This document shows, piece after piece, positions 37,316 through 51,945 of a stretch of DNA of 64,000 nucleotides (position 1 is its first letter; each line of letters begins with the position of its first letter). The stretch lies in contig OZ316895.1 of the NCBI GenBank assembly GCA_973895155.1, positions 19,730,803 through 19,794,802 on the forward strand, read 5' to 3'. Both the position numbers and the translations under genes were made by a program. The notes beneath the pieces were generated by a model that saw only the letters and a program-made list of their open reading frames with translations, made no database searches and was not told the DNA's origin. This stretch comes from Marsupella aquatica. Lineage: Eukaryota; Plantae; Marchantiophyta.

Positions 37316-39039
37316 GATGGACAGAGTTTGGCCTCTCAGCAGCTCTCTAGCTCCTACCCCTGCAATTCCATACTTCAATTAGCCCCTCCCAAACTGGCTC
37401 TTGATAATTCCCAGATGGACAAGGGAGCAAGTTCGTGACATGGACTAATTATGTGAACAGCTTACTTGGAACGGCAATGGGCATGTGAGTTCCGGGCACA
37501 CAAGGTGGAAATGTACGAGAACCTAGCAAAATGATATGAAGCACACAGTAAGACCCTGCGAACATGGCAGATCAGACGCACTGAAACCGATCAGGTTGAG
37601 TTGACGAGGGCAGAAGACAATGGAATCGGAGTCGGGATACAGAGCGCTACTCCAGGTACAGAATCTGAGGGCAGTCGTCGTGTCGAGAAATCTCTAATCG
37701 CAAGAACAGTAAAAAGATGCAGTCAAGGGGACAAAAAAAAATTACGTGCTCTTAGCTAACACGGCCCGAGAATCGCCATCAGGGACAGTTCAGAGGCGGG
37801 TCAAGGTGGGCTCCTTAAACTCTCTCAGCGCAATGAGGGGAGAATGAGTTGTTATTTTTTGAGTATTCCTCGTTCGCGATCCAAGTATTAGAATTACGGA
37901 GTGTAGCAAACGTCCAACACCGCCAACACCACCCACCCTCACTTCTCACAAATGCCCCTCCCCAAACCCAAAACTCTTCGACTCTACAATAATGATCCTA
38001 CGGCAGAGGACCATTTCTGAGCACGGAGGCCATGGCGCTGGCAAAAACCGTGGAAGCCACTAGTACTTATTCGGGGGGTTACTACAGGGTCGAGCGGTCC
38101 ACCCTGTGGAAGCCGATCCAAGCTTGGAGTATCAATATTAAGGGATCTGGAGTAATCAACTTACTGTAGCACAATGGGACCGAGTGGTAAGGCTATATGA
38201 CAACCAGGTGGAGAGATCCTTTCACAGCACTTTCAGATGGAAACTCCCAGAAAGCGAGCAAGTATTTTCCTGTGGAGAGCTCCTACGCTAGTGTCATGAT
38301 TCTCGGGAAATAAGCCCATGGTAGTTTTCGTTTAAGAGATGGACTTTCGGGACAGAGCTTCCTCTTGGGGAGGAATTCCGTGCAAGTTCATCCCCCTCTC
38401 CCTGAAACGAAATGAAATAAGTAGTTCAAATGCGGCTAACTTTTGGTCAGCACCCGCCACTGGCAGAGGTGTTGGCTATATTTTGCGTCGATCTGACACT
38501 GGCGAAAATCCATTTCCATCGACCACAGCGAGCTCGCCTAATTGAAACGTCAAGAGTGGATCATCACATCCAATTCAGTAACCAACGCTCTTGAAGGACG
38601 GACCCTTGCAATACTGGAAGGAGAGGCCGAGTCCAAGTAGTAGCCAATCAGTATGAGAAGGAAAACATTGTCAGAAATACTCCGACGAAAATTTCCTCAG
38701 AAGCATCCACTCACTCTGGTACTGGAAGACACAAACTGTATCTTGTGATGACACAGACTCGGTCCTCTGCCAGTGCCAGGTCGCCAATCTGCGCTACACT
38801 ATGTGGAGGAGCGGTCAAATGTGACAAGTGCCGTCCCCTGACCAGCTCCAATATCTCCTGCTCGTTTCTCAGTTTCCAAGCCCAACAGGAGAAACATTCT
38901 ACCTGCACTTCTTTTCTTGACAAGGCAGACGACTCTTTGTGGTTCCTTCCTTCCTCTTCAAGTTCACAATAGACTACTCTCGTCGCTTCCAAGCTCGCAC
39001 GCCCGATGAAGAAGATCTCCAGTCGATTTCGTTCTAGAT

Positions 39040-39475
39040 TCTGAATCACAGTACAAATCTCGGCTGTCTTCTCTTTCCCCCACTTTCCCAGCTCAGTAGC
39101 ATGAATCACAGTACAAATATCGCCTCTCTTCTCTTTTCCCCACTTTCCCAGCTCAGTAGCAGGTCAATGTAGAGTCGATTGCGTTCCCGATCCTGTGCCG
39201 AATCACTGTACATATCTCGCCATTCTTCTCTTCTTTCCCACTCTCCTTCCCAGCTCACTGACAGCTTCCGTGCGCAATAGTAGACCTATGAGAAAGGCGC
39301 TACATCCCTCCCGGACGTCTCTAGCAGAGTCGATTGCGTTCCCGATCCTGTGCCGAATCACTGTGCAAATCTCGACATTCTTCTCTTCTTTCCAATTTTC
39401 CTTTTCAGCTCAGTGACAGCTCCCAGCGCAGTAGTAGATCTTTAGAAAGGCGCTACTTTCCTCCCAGACGTCTTT
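39040..39475. repeat. Nested tandem repeats (~61 bp and ~155 bp units)
   Basis: TGAATCACAGTACAAAT...CCCAGCTCAGTAGCA occurs twice; AGAGTCGATTGCGTTCCCGATCCTGTGCCGAATCACTGT occurs twice. Confidence 0.8.
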
Positions 39476-40112
39476 GGCAATTGAACAGAAACAGCATGCC
39501 CCTACGAGCCACATGGACCAAATTGAAAATTCTGGTGCCAAACAGTCGAACAGTTACTTTGTCGCTGGACTGTAGACCCACCACCTCCAAATCCGCATTC
39601 GCTGCGCTTGACAGAAATTCGTCATCATCGTGACCTTATAAATATAAATGATCATCATCATTCATGTTCTGTTCATGACTTTATAATATAAATAGATATA
39701 AATGACTCATGATGCGGGTATTGTTAATATTGATTATGGGGTAGACCGGATCGAAGGGTCTGGACTCACAGACATCGGCGACAGGGGACCGTGGCCACCG
39801 ATCTCGAGTGAGGCCATTAAGGAGTCGAACATGGGATATGATGATTTGTTGTGGTTCTATAAATCATTAGACTGAAGGTTGAAGGTTCATTGGCGCGCTA
39901 CCTTCACTTCGGCAACCGCTCCCATCAAGGAACCATCAGGGCCAGGAGGGCCACCTGCCGTAGTACTTGGAGCTCGTGAAATCCGGGAGATCCAGGATCT
40001 CTACAGTAGTGAAGATTTGGCCAGTGCGTTTTTGTTTTTCAAGAGTAGAATATTTCATAGAGATTTTGCTTTTTTAGTAACCTGTCCCTCAAATCACCTA
40101 AAATAAAGTCAC

Positions 40113-43100
40113 TGTTAGACTCTACCTCTGACTGGACGACTGGACCAGCCGGTCATCCAACCACCTTATATGTACTCACATTCCTGACTATACACGGACT
40201 CATTCACATTCATTCCATGATACGTTATCAGCACGAGGTCTCAGCCAGCGGAGCGAAAAAGAAAGGAGAAAACCTGGAAGATTGAAATTTTTTTCTAATG
40301 TTGAATGGGGGATCGAGAGGAAGACTTCAGAAAAGAAGTAATTTAAAGGAGGAGACCATGATCGAATCAGAGTAGGGTGCAGAAAACGAAAATGGCATAA
40401 GGACATCGATTAGGAATTATAGAGTACAATCAGATCAGGAGCGAAGGGGGCCATCCACACTCAAAATTATAGCTCCTAATAACGAATCGATGGCGATGCG
40501 GAAGGCGTGAAAACAGAGAGCGAAAGAATGAAGATATTGTTACTGCCGAAATGGTGAAGAGCAATAGTTTTGCCAACCGACATTGCAGGATCACCCCTAA
40601 TGAATGATCTGCAATTTAAGAGAGAGAGGGAAATCAAAGACGTGGTTGAGCAACTCGCTCTACAAGGTGGTCGTTGAAGCCTCCCCAGTTCGCAAATGCT
40701 GCTTCCTTATCCTAGCGAGGAGATAAGGAAGGAATAACAAGAGGAGAAACGAAGACCTGCGAGGGAAGCCCGCAGTCGAAAGAAGAAGCATCGATACCCC
40801 TCAGCGAACTCGAATCATCGAAGAGAGAAGGACATCTGGCTGAAGCGCCACGACCTGTAAAGAGTTCGGAAGTGATCGAAAAGGATAGCAGCGGCCGAAC
40901 CGGTGAGAGCAAACGCACAGAAGCAGAATAGCCACGGCAAATTAAGCAATCTAGCGGCGAATCCATGAAGACGGGAGAGAAAAGAAGGGTTCGTCCCCAT
41001 TGACCTCTTTCATACTCTAATCTGATCTCTAATTCGTCACCTCCCGATTCGACAGCCGAAAACGAAAATTAAAAGGGAAGGCCCGATAGTAGCGCGACAT
41101 CGAAAGCAGCGAGAGGGCGAAATGAGCAACCGAGTGAAGGGCCGCTAGCAGGCAGAATCGAAGAGGCGCAAACTGATTGAACGAGAGAGAAAATCAGAAG
41201 AAGTTCGAAGAACGATAAGGATCGTGTAAGAAAGAGAGCACAGCCCGATCTCCATAAGGACAAGAGCAAAGTGAACAGAGGAGAGAAAAGCAGGCCTGGC
41301 AAAGAAGAAAAAAAAACTGAACCTGATCAAAGGAGACCCGGGTGCAGGACGGCACGTCGACAAATCTCGCAACAAAAATGTCAAAACGTCGAGAAAACCT
41401 CAAAAACCGCCGCTAAGTGCAAAACCTCTTTAACTGAAAAATCCGTCAAAGAGATTTCAATCACAAAGGAAAAGTTGCACTTAACCAAATAAGCCTTCAT
41501 AACCGCAAAACCTCCATAACTGCATTTCGTAGCAAAGAAAATTAACCTTACAAAGCCGCATGTGCACTTAACCAGGGCACGAGTAAATTACCACCCATAA
41601 CTGCACAAACTGCAAAACTTCATTACTGCACAGTTTAACAAAGGAAAGAGATAATACAAAGGAAACTTTGCAGTTAACCAAATACCAAGGAAAACCTAAA
41701 TCCTAAGTGCAAACCCTAAAATCGAATTCCAAATTTGCACGCTCTCTATACCCAGCTTCACTTTGCATGCTGCAAAAATGTGCTTTGTCGTTTCTTACTA
41801 TACTTACTAGTATATAAGCCTCAACTACCATTAAAAGGAATCAAGCCACCACCCCGATGACCAACCTCGAGAAACTAACCTTTCCAGCCCTAGAAATCGA
41901 CGATAACAACTACCTAGAATGGTCCATGAACCTCAAAGAGAACCTAACCTCGCTAACCCTACTCCCAGCTATACGGATAGCTCAACCCATACTAGCTGGC
42001 GAACCTCAATCAGACCCGTTAACTAAAGCCAATGAATCCAAGGCTCTAGTATTCCTTAGACGCCACATCCATAGATTCTTGCAAAGACAATACATGCACC
42101 TCTCAACCCCTCGTGAACTATGGACAGCGCTCCAGACCTGATTCGACCACCAAAAACTGGTCGAACTACCTAAAGCCAGGCAAGACTGGCTAAACCTGCG
42201 GGTCCAGGACTTTACCTCTATTTCAGCCTACAATAGCGAACTCTTTAGAATAACTTCAACCCTCGCACTCTATGGCGAGCCAATCACTGACAAGGATCTG
42301 CTAGAAAAGACCTTATCCACGTTTCACTCTTCAAACGTATTACTATCAACTCAGTACCGGAACATGAAGTTCGGACAATACTCCGTGCTCATCGCCCACC
42401 TCCTAGTCACAGAAAGAAACCAAGAGCTTCTTTTAGTTAACTAGAAAATGCCCTGCGGGCACACTGCCCTTAGGACCACAGAGCGAAACCCATAATATCG
42501 AAAACGCTGAACCCTCCACATCAAGGCAGGGCATTAAACGCACTAGGAATGGCAACCGCAGAAACAACCCCAATAGGGGGAGTTTCTTTAACCAACGTCC
42601 ACAACACAATTTTCGACGGCCCTTTCAAGGCCGTGGAGGACACGGAGGATGCGGCGGATGCGGCGGATATGATGGACATGATGGACGCGGAGGACGCGGT
42701 GGTCGCGGCGGACGCGGCGGTGGAAGAACATATAACAACAACCGCAGAAATGATTGGTCACAACCCTGACAACAACTGGAACGCCCAAAATGCCATGAAT
42801 GCGGCATGACAAACCACCTAGCGAGAAACTGTAGAATCCCGCAACACCTTAGAGAACTATACCAACGGTCCCTCAAGGATGGACAAACCTCTAGGGCACC
42901 ACCCCATGAAACTCACGGGGCGTTTATGGAGTCTAGCGACCCATTCCAAGACTTTACAGATCCACCTGTCCAACCCGAGGCACACTTAGTGGCAAGTAGC
43001 TCCACTACACCAGATTTAAATAGTCCAAGCACATGTATTATCGACAGTGCGACCATGCATACTATCCTCCGGGATAGGCACCTTTTCCACAAGATTACAC

Positions 43101-46100
43101 CCTCACGTAGGTCCCTCACCACTATCAACGGTCCTAGCCAAATAGAAGAGGGCTTCGGCCCAGCTTCTATTAGACTCCCGCAGGGGACCAAAATACACAT
43201 AGAGTCTGCTATTTTTGCCCCGAATACAACTCATAATCTCCTCAGTTTTAGAGATATACGAGCAAATAGACTTCACGTCCAAACAGGCGATACAAGAGAC
43301 CAAGAAGTCATCCACTTGGTTGAAAATACCCCTACGGGGAAAATCATAAAAGAAACACTTTTCTCGTATCCTTGCGGGTTTTATGTAACTCATATTGAAT
43401 GTCTGCATAACAATGCCAACACAAGTGAATTGCATGCACTTTGGCATGCACGCCTCGGCCACCCCGGCCAATCAATGCTAACCAAAATCATTAAGAATTC
43501 AAGAGGCATTCCAATCAATACACGCCACACTCCAGCGAGCACCCCATGCACTGCATGCTCACGCGGCAAATTAATAACAAGGTCCACGGCATCAAAATGC
43601 CAACTAAAATACCCCAATTCTTGGAAATCATCCATGCAGATGTTTGCGGGCCAATTAACCCTCCAAGCGGACCTTTCCGCTACTTTATGGTATTAATCGA
43701 CGCATCAACTAAATGGTCAAATGTGACACTGCTTTCAACGAGGAACATGGTCATGCCTCGCATTTTGGCGCAAATCTTGCGCATGAAAGCACAATTCCCA
43801 GATCACCCCATTAAGACACTAAGGGTGGACAATGCAGGGGAATTCACATCCAAAACATTTGATGACTTTTGCACATCACTTGGCATCGACGTACAATATC
43901 CTGTACCTCATGTGCATTTTCAAAATGGATTAGCTAAAGCGGTCATTAAACACCTTCAGTTAATTGCACGTCCATTACTAATGCAGTCAAAACTCCCCGT
44001 CTCAGCATGGGGACATGCCATATTACAGGCTAATGCATTAATTCAATACCGCCCATTGGCTTTTAATACCTATAGCCCATACCAAATTGCTAATGGTATC
44101 AAACCAGACCTATCACATCTTTGTTCATTTGGATGTCAAGTAATGGTCCCCATTACTCCACTCACTCGAACCAAGATGGGACCCCAACGACAGTTGGGAA
44201 TATACATCGGATTCGACTCACCATCCATAATCCGATATATGGAGCCTACAACTGGCAATGTTTTTAAAGCCAAATTTCTAGATTGTCATTTTGATGAACA
44301 CATTTACCCACCATTAATAACCCCTGAACACCCACAACCACCCTTGGAGTGGGAAAGACACTCATCATTTTGGCAAGACCTTAGAACCAATCAAGGGGAG
44401 AAAGAAGTTCAACAAATTTTGCAACTCCACAAGATTGTGGAAAAACTTCCCGACGCTTTCATCGATACATCACAAGTTACTCGCTCACATATTCCAGTTG
44501 CGAGAGCATCCGCTCGCATTGAATTATCAAGTGAGCCAGCAAGTACATCCCAGCCTCGTGCCAAACGAGGTAGACCTTTGGGATCAAAGGATAAACAACC
44601 AAGAAGGCGCGGTTCATCTATACTACCTTCACCTGATGTTGATCATACCGAATCCACAACTCATGAAGAGATTTCTATCCACTACGCACACACCGGTACG
44701 ATGTGGGATAGAAATACTACTTCAATAGATGATGCTTTTGCATTAATGGTGGCAACACATATCACAGACGAAATACCCGAACCAATATCTATCTTAGAAT
44801 GCCAAAATAGACCAGATTGGCCTGAATGGCAAAAAGCTATAAACGGAGAATTAGATTCCCTACTAAGCAGACACACTTTTGGTCCAGTTGAACAAACACC
44901 GCAAGATGTACACCTCATTGGCTACAAGTGGACATTCGTCCACAAAAGAAATGATAAAGACCAAGTTGTACGCTACAAAGCACATCTGGTAGGGAAAGGA
45001 TTTACTCAACAACCGGGAATTCATTACGATGAAACTTACTCATCGGTTATGGATAGCACAGCATTCCGATACCTTATCGGATTTACCATTTTCCATAAAC
45101 TACAAATGCGACAATTGGATGTTGCGACCGCATATCTATATGGAACTTTAGACACTTGTCTATACATGCAATCACCTCCCGAGTTGGAGCAACGTCGCTG
45201 AGCTTTAGCTCAAGGCGCTAAATCGCATATCCCATATTTACATAAGATTATAAAACAATTATCTCAAGTTACACCTCATGTGTCATCTACACATATAACT
45301 CATAATAACGACACCGTTGTGTCAACCGTACGGAATACTCGCCGCGGACTAGCTATCCCCGTGTTGAAGGCATTATATGGCCTGAAACAAAGTGGCAGAG
45401 TATGGTATCAAAGATTTACTGATGAAATGATTACCATGGGTTTTACCCATGATGAAATTACCCCATGTTTATTTATTAAACATATGGATGACGAATATGT
45501 CATTGTTTCTATCTATGTTGATGACTTAAACATATTTGGGACACCCCAAATTACCGAAGATACTATTACTCGTCTTAAATCAACATTTGAGATGAAAGAC
45601 CTTGGACATACAAACTTTTGCTTAGGATTACAACTGGAGATCTTACCTACTGGCATGATGCTCCACCAAACCACACAAACCGAAAAGATCCTAAAACAGT
45701 TCAATATGAACCTAGCACACCCATTGATGTCACCAATGGTGGTACGTTCATTAGAAAACAATACTGATGTTTTTCGCAAGCACGAAGAACATGAACCAAT
45801 ATTAGGACCAGAAACTCCGTATCTTTCTGCGATAGGAGCATTAATGTATCTAGCAAATCAGACACGACCAGACATTCCATTTGCAGTTAACTTACTAGCT
45901 TGACATAGTGCAACTCCCACAGCCAGACACTGGAATGGAGTTAAGCACGTATTTAGATACTTACGTGGAACCACCGATACCGGGTTATTTTACCCATTCG
46001 GTGCAAACCACGAGCTCATAGGATATGCGGATGCCGGATACCTTTCCGACACTGATACTGCAAAATCCCAAACTGGATATGTTTTTACCATAGGGGGTAC

Positions 46101-46961
46101 CACTTTTTCTTGGAAAAGCGTGAAACAGACCCTAACAGCAACCTCATCGAATCACTCAGAAATCTTAGCTCTACATGAGGCTAGTCGTGAAGCCGTTTGG
46201 TTACGATCCTTTATAAATCACATCAACACCAAATGCGGCCTACCACCACTAACGAAGCCTACTAACATCTTTGAGGATAACGCAGCATGTATACAGCAGA
46301 TCACGAAAGGATTCATCAAAGGCGATCGCGTGAAGCATATAGCTCCAAAGTTTTTCTACACCCACGAGTTACACGGAAAAGAGATCAACATTTTGCAGAT
46401 TTCAAGTGCAGACAACTGTGCGGATCTCTTCACCAAATCACTATCGCCATCAGTTCACCACTGACACTGCCAGGCGATTGGACTGTGGAGCGTGCGACGC
46501 ATGATGACCGTGGAGGCTGCTACTCCACATGACGATTGATGCTGCTGATGACATGATGTTGGCGACCTACTGTTGAGACAAATATTAAAGCTAGATTTAC
46601 TATAGCATCTGACTTTATTTAATATTGACATTTATTACGACGAGGACTGTTAGGCTGCACTCTTTTTCCTTTAGCACTCATATTTTTTCTCCGCTACACT
46701 GGTAGAGTTTTTACTAAGCTAGAGTTGATAAAGGTTTTTTAACGAGACAGTCTACCTCGCTTGTACTTATATCATGTATTTTCTATGAACATGATATAAT
46801 TAGTATAGTCTATGTTGTCTATATAGTTGTCACTATATATCCAAAGGGGAGTGTTAGACTCTACCTCTGACCGGACGATCGGACCAGCCGGTCATCCAAC
46901 CACCCTATATGTACTCACATTCCTGACTATACACGGACTCATTCACATTCATTCCATGATA
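40113..46961 (+). mobile_element. Full-length Ty1/Copia retrotransposon, Bianca lineage (degenerate)
   Basis: 110-bp LTRs at 40113-40222 and 46852-46961 (TG...TA, 4 C/T differences). TSD GTCAC at 40108-12 and 46962-66; PBS region CGTTATCAGCACG; PPT AAAGGGGAG. Bianca-type gag start MTNLEKLTFPALEI and RNase H KGDRVKHIAPKFFYTHEL. Confidence 0.95.
41857..46530 (+). pseudogene. Bianca gag-pol with stops and frameshifts
   Basis: Zinc knuckle CHECGMTNHLARNC; protease IIDSAT; HARLGHPG; integrase DNAGEF; RT LYGLKQSGR and YVDD; TRPDI; ADLFTK. Stops at ~42141, 45201, 45903 and 46464. Confidence 0.93.
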
Positions 46962-47254
46962 GTCACGACGATGATAATTAATAGTGTTTTGATGGCCAAA
47001 AGTGTCAGGTTTTTGTGAGGAGAGTGTGAAGCAAGTATTTTGCCCCTCCACGACCTATAGACTGTGCCGTGCAGCGGGAAGGCCAAGGGCGGTCCAGGGG
47101 GTGGCGGCGGGTTAAGGCAACTTGCCACATGACAAGAAGACCCCATATACGAGTTATATTAACACAAATATGAAATGGGGGACAGATTAATAATTAGTTT
47201 TGTTTGGGGGACAAGTTAGCACTATTGGGTACTTTGGGGGACAATTCTGGTATT

Positions 47255-47638
47255 TGTTGAGCATAGACGACGATCGCAACGGCAAGCCCATGAACCATCC
47301 AACGCACAATAGTCGACACAAGAGATACGTGGTTCACCTCCTTGAGGCTACGTCCACGGGAACACACAAGAGAGCTTTACTGAACTCTAAGCCCGTCGGC
47401 TATACCGAGTCTCCACAGTGTAAGCTCTCCCTATCTCTCAAGTGGCTCCATAACAATGAGCCTTGGTCCTTCCTCTCCAAGCACACATGCCTCTTATGAT
47501 ATAGTGTGCAACTTAGTTGTACCTAACCACATAGTTGTACCTAATCACGTAGTTGTACCTAACCACATAGTTGTACCAACCCACGTTGTTGTACCAACCA
47601 CGTCATACCTAACCTAGAGTAAGAGTAAATACCCAACA
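47255..47638 (-). mobile_element. Solo LTR (384 bp), Copia-like
   Basis: Termini TGTTG...CAACA. Perfect TSD GTATT at 47250-54 and 47639-43. CCCGTGGACGTAGCC...GAACCACGT on the minus strand. Internal AGTTGTACCTAACCAC repeats. Confidence 0.9.
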
Positions 47639-48399
47639 GTATTGCATATGAAATTTGACTAGATTAATCTTTAATAGTAGATCTCTCTAGATTTGATAAT
47701 AACTCAACTAAGGGGTAGAATGTGAATTTATCCTCAGCCCCTCACTAGCGAGCTCACTAGTCTGTTTTGGGACCCTGATTCAACCCTCTCTCCCTCCTGA
47801 TCTGGGTTATTGTTGGAACTCTGGATATGACCTTCTATAGAGACACATGGTCCAAAGTAGATCATCTATCCTCAGTGTGAGATAAGGGTATTTCTAGGAG
47901 AAATCTAAATTACCCTAAACTTTTAAAATTTTGAAGTTTAAGAGACAAAAAGATACCAATAAGTGAAGTATGCAATGACCTACAGACATTTGTGTATAAG
48001 AAGAGCAGACCCACCTTTCCTTCTCACCCCTCTCAAAGTTGAACAAAGTAGGTTTTGAGCTCCCAGGTGAGCAGTACTATGAGCTAGTGAGAGGATTGGA
48101 GGCTCTTCCATTGTGGTTCAGGATCCTTGGTCCAGATGACAAGACCATTTCTAGTTACATAATCGTGAGAATTGGGATTTGAGAGTTTGGACTGGTCATT
48201 GTGAGGGGAATGTCTACTTCTACCAAAGAAGAGAAGACCGGAAGGTCACTCAATGTTTGATCGATCCAATTATGGTATGATTTGAGGCAATCCCACTCTG
48301 TTCATCTCCTTCTTGTGTTGGCAATTAAGATCCGTCTCTGCTATGGCCCGGTACTGGGTTTGCAAATATCAGATCAATACACTTGTTTTGATCATTTGG

Positions 48400-49010
48400 T
48401 TTTCTTTTCTTTTAGAGTGAAGACATAGTTTGAGAGATCCTGAACAAGAAGATTTTGGTTGAGTATGTTTAAAGAATTTGCTTGATGGACAGAGTAATCC
48501 TGACCCATTGCATAGTCTATGATTGCTCCAGCTTTTGCATTGGAGGATGAGAGGGATGGACTACTAGACAGGACTGTCAATTTGACAACACCTTACTTCA
48601 AAGGAGAGATACACACAAAGGATGGATTCAACATTTCACAGTGTTTAGATCCTAATCTAAAGTGCATTCTTGCATTTCTGATCCCATTGATATACCCTGA
48701 GAAACCTAGGAGAGTTATTGTTGGATTGGGCTCTAGTATCATTGCTGCCTACACACAAAAGAAGCTAGAAGATTTCTTGGGCTAAGATCATCCTTGACCT
48801 CTTGAAGAATTTGATACAGAATCTATCTAACAATCTGAGTCAAACCCCCTGCTACTTGGTGGATCTGTACATACTTGAAGGAGGAGAAAAAGCCAGTTCT
48901 TGCCAAGTTTAACTTTGTGAAATATGGAGAGTTTGACCGAGACATCACTCAGCCCACTTCTGATGAAGATGAAGACAAAGAGTTGGATTTTGTGAGGCCA
49001 ATAAAGACCC
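48400..49010 (+). pseudogene. Remnant of a retroelement-associated accessory ORF (copy 1)
   Basis: DGLLDRT..YFKGEIHTKDGFNISQCLDP....LAFLIPLIYPEKPRRV. It shares the YF.GE...KDG[FW] motif with 57707-58039. Confidence 0.6.
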
Positions 49011-51945
49011 GGTGTCCGGGGACCAGTTTAAAGCGGTGTAAAAGTGAACTTTTTATGCTTTTAGGGACTTGGTCATAACATTGTATTTTCATAGGTTGGT
49101 TCAATCTCTCTTAACCCTATTCAATTTTCATTTTAAATACCAAATTACACTAAGTTATTCTTATTTAAAACATTAAACCATCACTTTTGTTCATCTACAA
49201 TTTATTGTATTCGTGATTGCGCTCATACATAACTTTCAACTAAATTCAACGCATCATTTTCATCTCCACAACAAATAAGCATTTTCACCACAACAACATC
49301 TCATCATTTCCATCACAACAAAATAGTTCAAACTCATCATTTATTTCTGTTATTCTCAAAAGAAGAAGTTTTGGATCGGGTTTACAAAATGTTTATTCGG
49401 TTGCTCATCCTCTAACTCAGGTCTCCATACTAAACTCAGTTCGGGTCAACAGGTCAGGTCTGAGTCTCAAGCTCGTCAATGGTTTCCCCCAAGCATTTTG
49501 AACACAACTTCAGTCTCCGGCAAGCTTCCTTCATGTCCTCGTTTTCTTGCACTCTTCCTCTTGACCCTTCTTCCTCCTCTCCTCAAGCTTCCAGTCCCAC
49601 AATAAAAAAACCTATGGCCGGTAACCTCAAACCCATGGCAGCGGACAATCCCTAGTCTAAAAATGGACCCAATCATTGGGTTCCACTCATCGAAAGAGGT
49701 CAATTTCCTTATTTTAAATTCACAACTAAAACTCCACAACATCAAGTCTATAGTGGTCGGGGTGATCCATAACTCTAGTTGAAACTTCTTTACTAGCTTC
49801 ATAAAATGGCTTGTTTCTCCCCTTGCTGGCTGTTATTCACCCTGGATTCCTGTAAAACGAATTCACCGAGTTCTTATGACCTGCCTGCTGCAGGTCCACC
49901 TTTTCCTTTTCTTTATAGCACTCTCGACTTAGCACTTACTCATTGAGTTTTGAATATTCACCATGGCCCTCCACCTCTTAACTCTTATTTCTCCTTTGAT
50001 CTCCTTCTTCTAAAGATAGTTTTTCAGCTTCTCTGGCTCTCTTGTTTTCATTCAATGTTTTAATCTTTATTTCACAGTTCACATCACGCTTACTCCTTTT
50101 TGGCCAAAGAGCTTCAAAGCTCTAACACTTTCCTCTCTTTAGTAGTCAAACTCCTTCATCGTCATTCATCTTTCCTGCATCCAAAAATCTACCTTTGTCA
50201 CTCATCAAACTCTTGTCTTCTTCCACGATAAAATGCTCACCTCGCTCCCTAAAAAACTCCCAATCTCAATCTCTCGGATTTACTCTCGCGCTCTCGCTGT
50301 GGTGAGACATAGAATCATTTCTCTTTTAACAAGTGAACGGCGATGCCAAGGAATAGACTCTATCTGTGTTTTTCTTCACCAGTGCCTCGTCTTCCATGGT
50401 CTGATATATTGTCAGGGTTGCCATAGCTTCGACCTTCGTTCTTGTCTTCTTTCAACTTGCTCACCCGAGGGCTCTTTCCGCAACTCCCATGTTCAGCAGT
50501 TCACTCTCCTCCCTTATGAACCTCCGTCGCCTTTCAACCTTCTCTCGTCTTTCTCTTGTTTCACATGAAAAAGCTTTATGCTGCCATCATTTCTCCTTGT
50601 TTTCTCGTGAACAAAACTAACTCTCGCTTCATATTCTCGCTCAATGCTCACTACATTTGTTTCGCAATCTGCTTCAATCCCTCTTCATTCCTAATGTTCC
50701 CTTCTCTCTTTTTGCCTATTCACTTCAACATTTACCATCGCCCCTTCCATTCTCTCTCTTCAGCCAAAATATTCTATTCACTCAAAAGCTCTGAACTCAG
50801 ATCGCGCGCGCACAGTATTTCTCCATGATGTCCAAAAATTCCCGTCCACTACTCGGCCGAATCCCTCCCCTCTTTCCCTCTGAACTCTCGAGCGCACCTC
50901 CACCTCTCTTCGCCTTTTCCGTGCCACTGCCTCAAATCTAAGCAAAAGAATCCGACTTCAGTCTCTGATTTCTAAAACTCATGAAAAGCTTTTTCATTGA
51001 CATAACATTCCTTTCTTCTTTTTTCTTGAATGAAAACAATCATGATTTCTCCATATCCTTGTACGTTCGTCCACTCGTTCAGTTCTTGCTTTTCATCCTC
51101 TTCGATCCTGATGTCCCGTTCCCATCTTTCATTTCTCACTCTTTGCCCTTCCAAAACTCCACGCGCCGCACCCCCTTTGACTTCTCTTCCTCCGAAGATG
51201 CCTCTAACCTCTTCTTCGCCCTCTAACTGCCACCATGTCCTTATGAATTTGAATCCTTCCAGGCCACCACATGTCACTTCCACAATAAATGCCTTAAAAA
51301 AAATTTTAAGTCTAAGTATCAACTATCACCCTTTTATTCCTCTTTTGTCTTTTTAACCTTCAACTTTAACTTTGTTTGTTTCTTTCTCTTCACAACTAGT
51401 GATGCTTCCCAAACTGAACTAAAAGCAGGTCGTCATGTTCCGGCACACTCCACTTCAACCGTCAAATATTTTCCCCGACGACATTCACCCCCACCAAACC
51501 TGTGTAGCCTCCGGCCTACACCACCTTCATCACCGGAGTCCCATCTCAAATTACATGATCCATGAGCCTGAGTTGTGCTGAGCTGAGCTGAACCGAGCCG
51601 TGTAAACCTCAAGCCGAGCTAAGGTCAACCTGAAATAATCTCTCCTCACCAATAATGGTACTCCAAATGAATCTATAAAAATGAGCAAAATTAACCCTCA
51701 ATATCATAACATAAGCCTAAGTCTAAATTCTCTCATCAATTCTAAAGGTGAAAACATTCTTTCACCAAAGCTCATATCATATATAAGAAAACTAAAACCA
51801 AAAATTTAAATTTAAATAAGTTCCTTAACTCTCAACTATACTATCATATCAATAAATTTCTAAATTTATCTCTCTTCTCTACCTCTCTCAATTCCAAATC
51901 CAGATCCCTGTAAAACAAGATAAACAAAACAAGCAAGCCTCCAAA

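Noticed and set aside
38100-39650. ORFs 38339-39633 as a gene or LINE ORF1
   Set aside because: They are short, overlapping, partly generated by tandem repeats and have no recognisable motif.
40060-47250. Mutator-like MITE (AACCTGTCCC.. / ..GGGGACAAG) as host of the Bianca insertion
   Set aside because: The inverted motifs are short, and outer termini and TSD could not be established.
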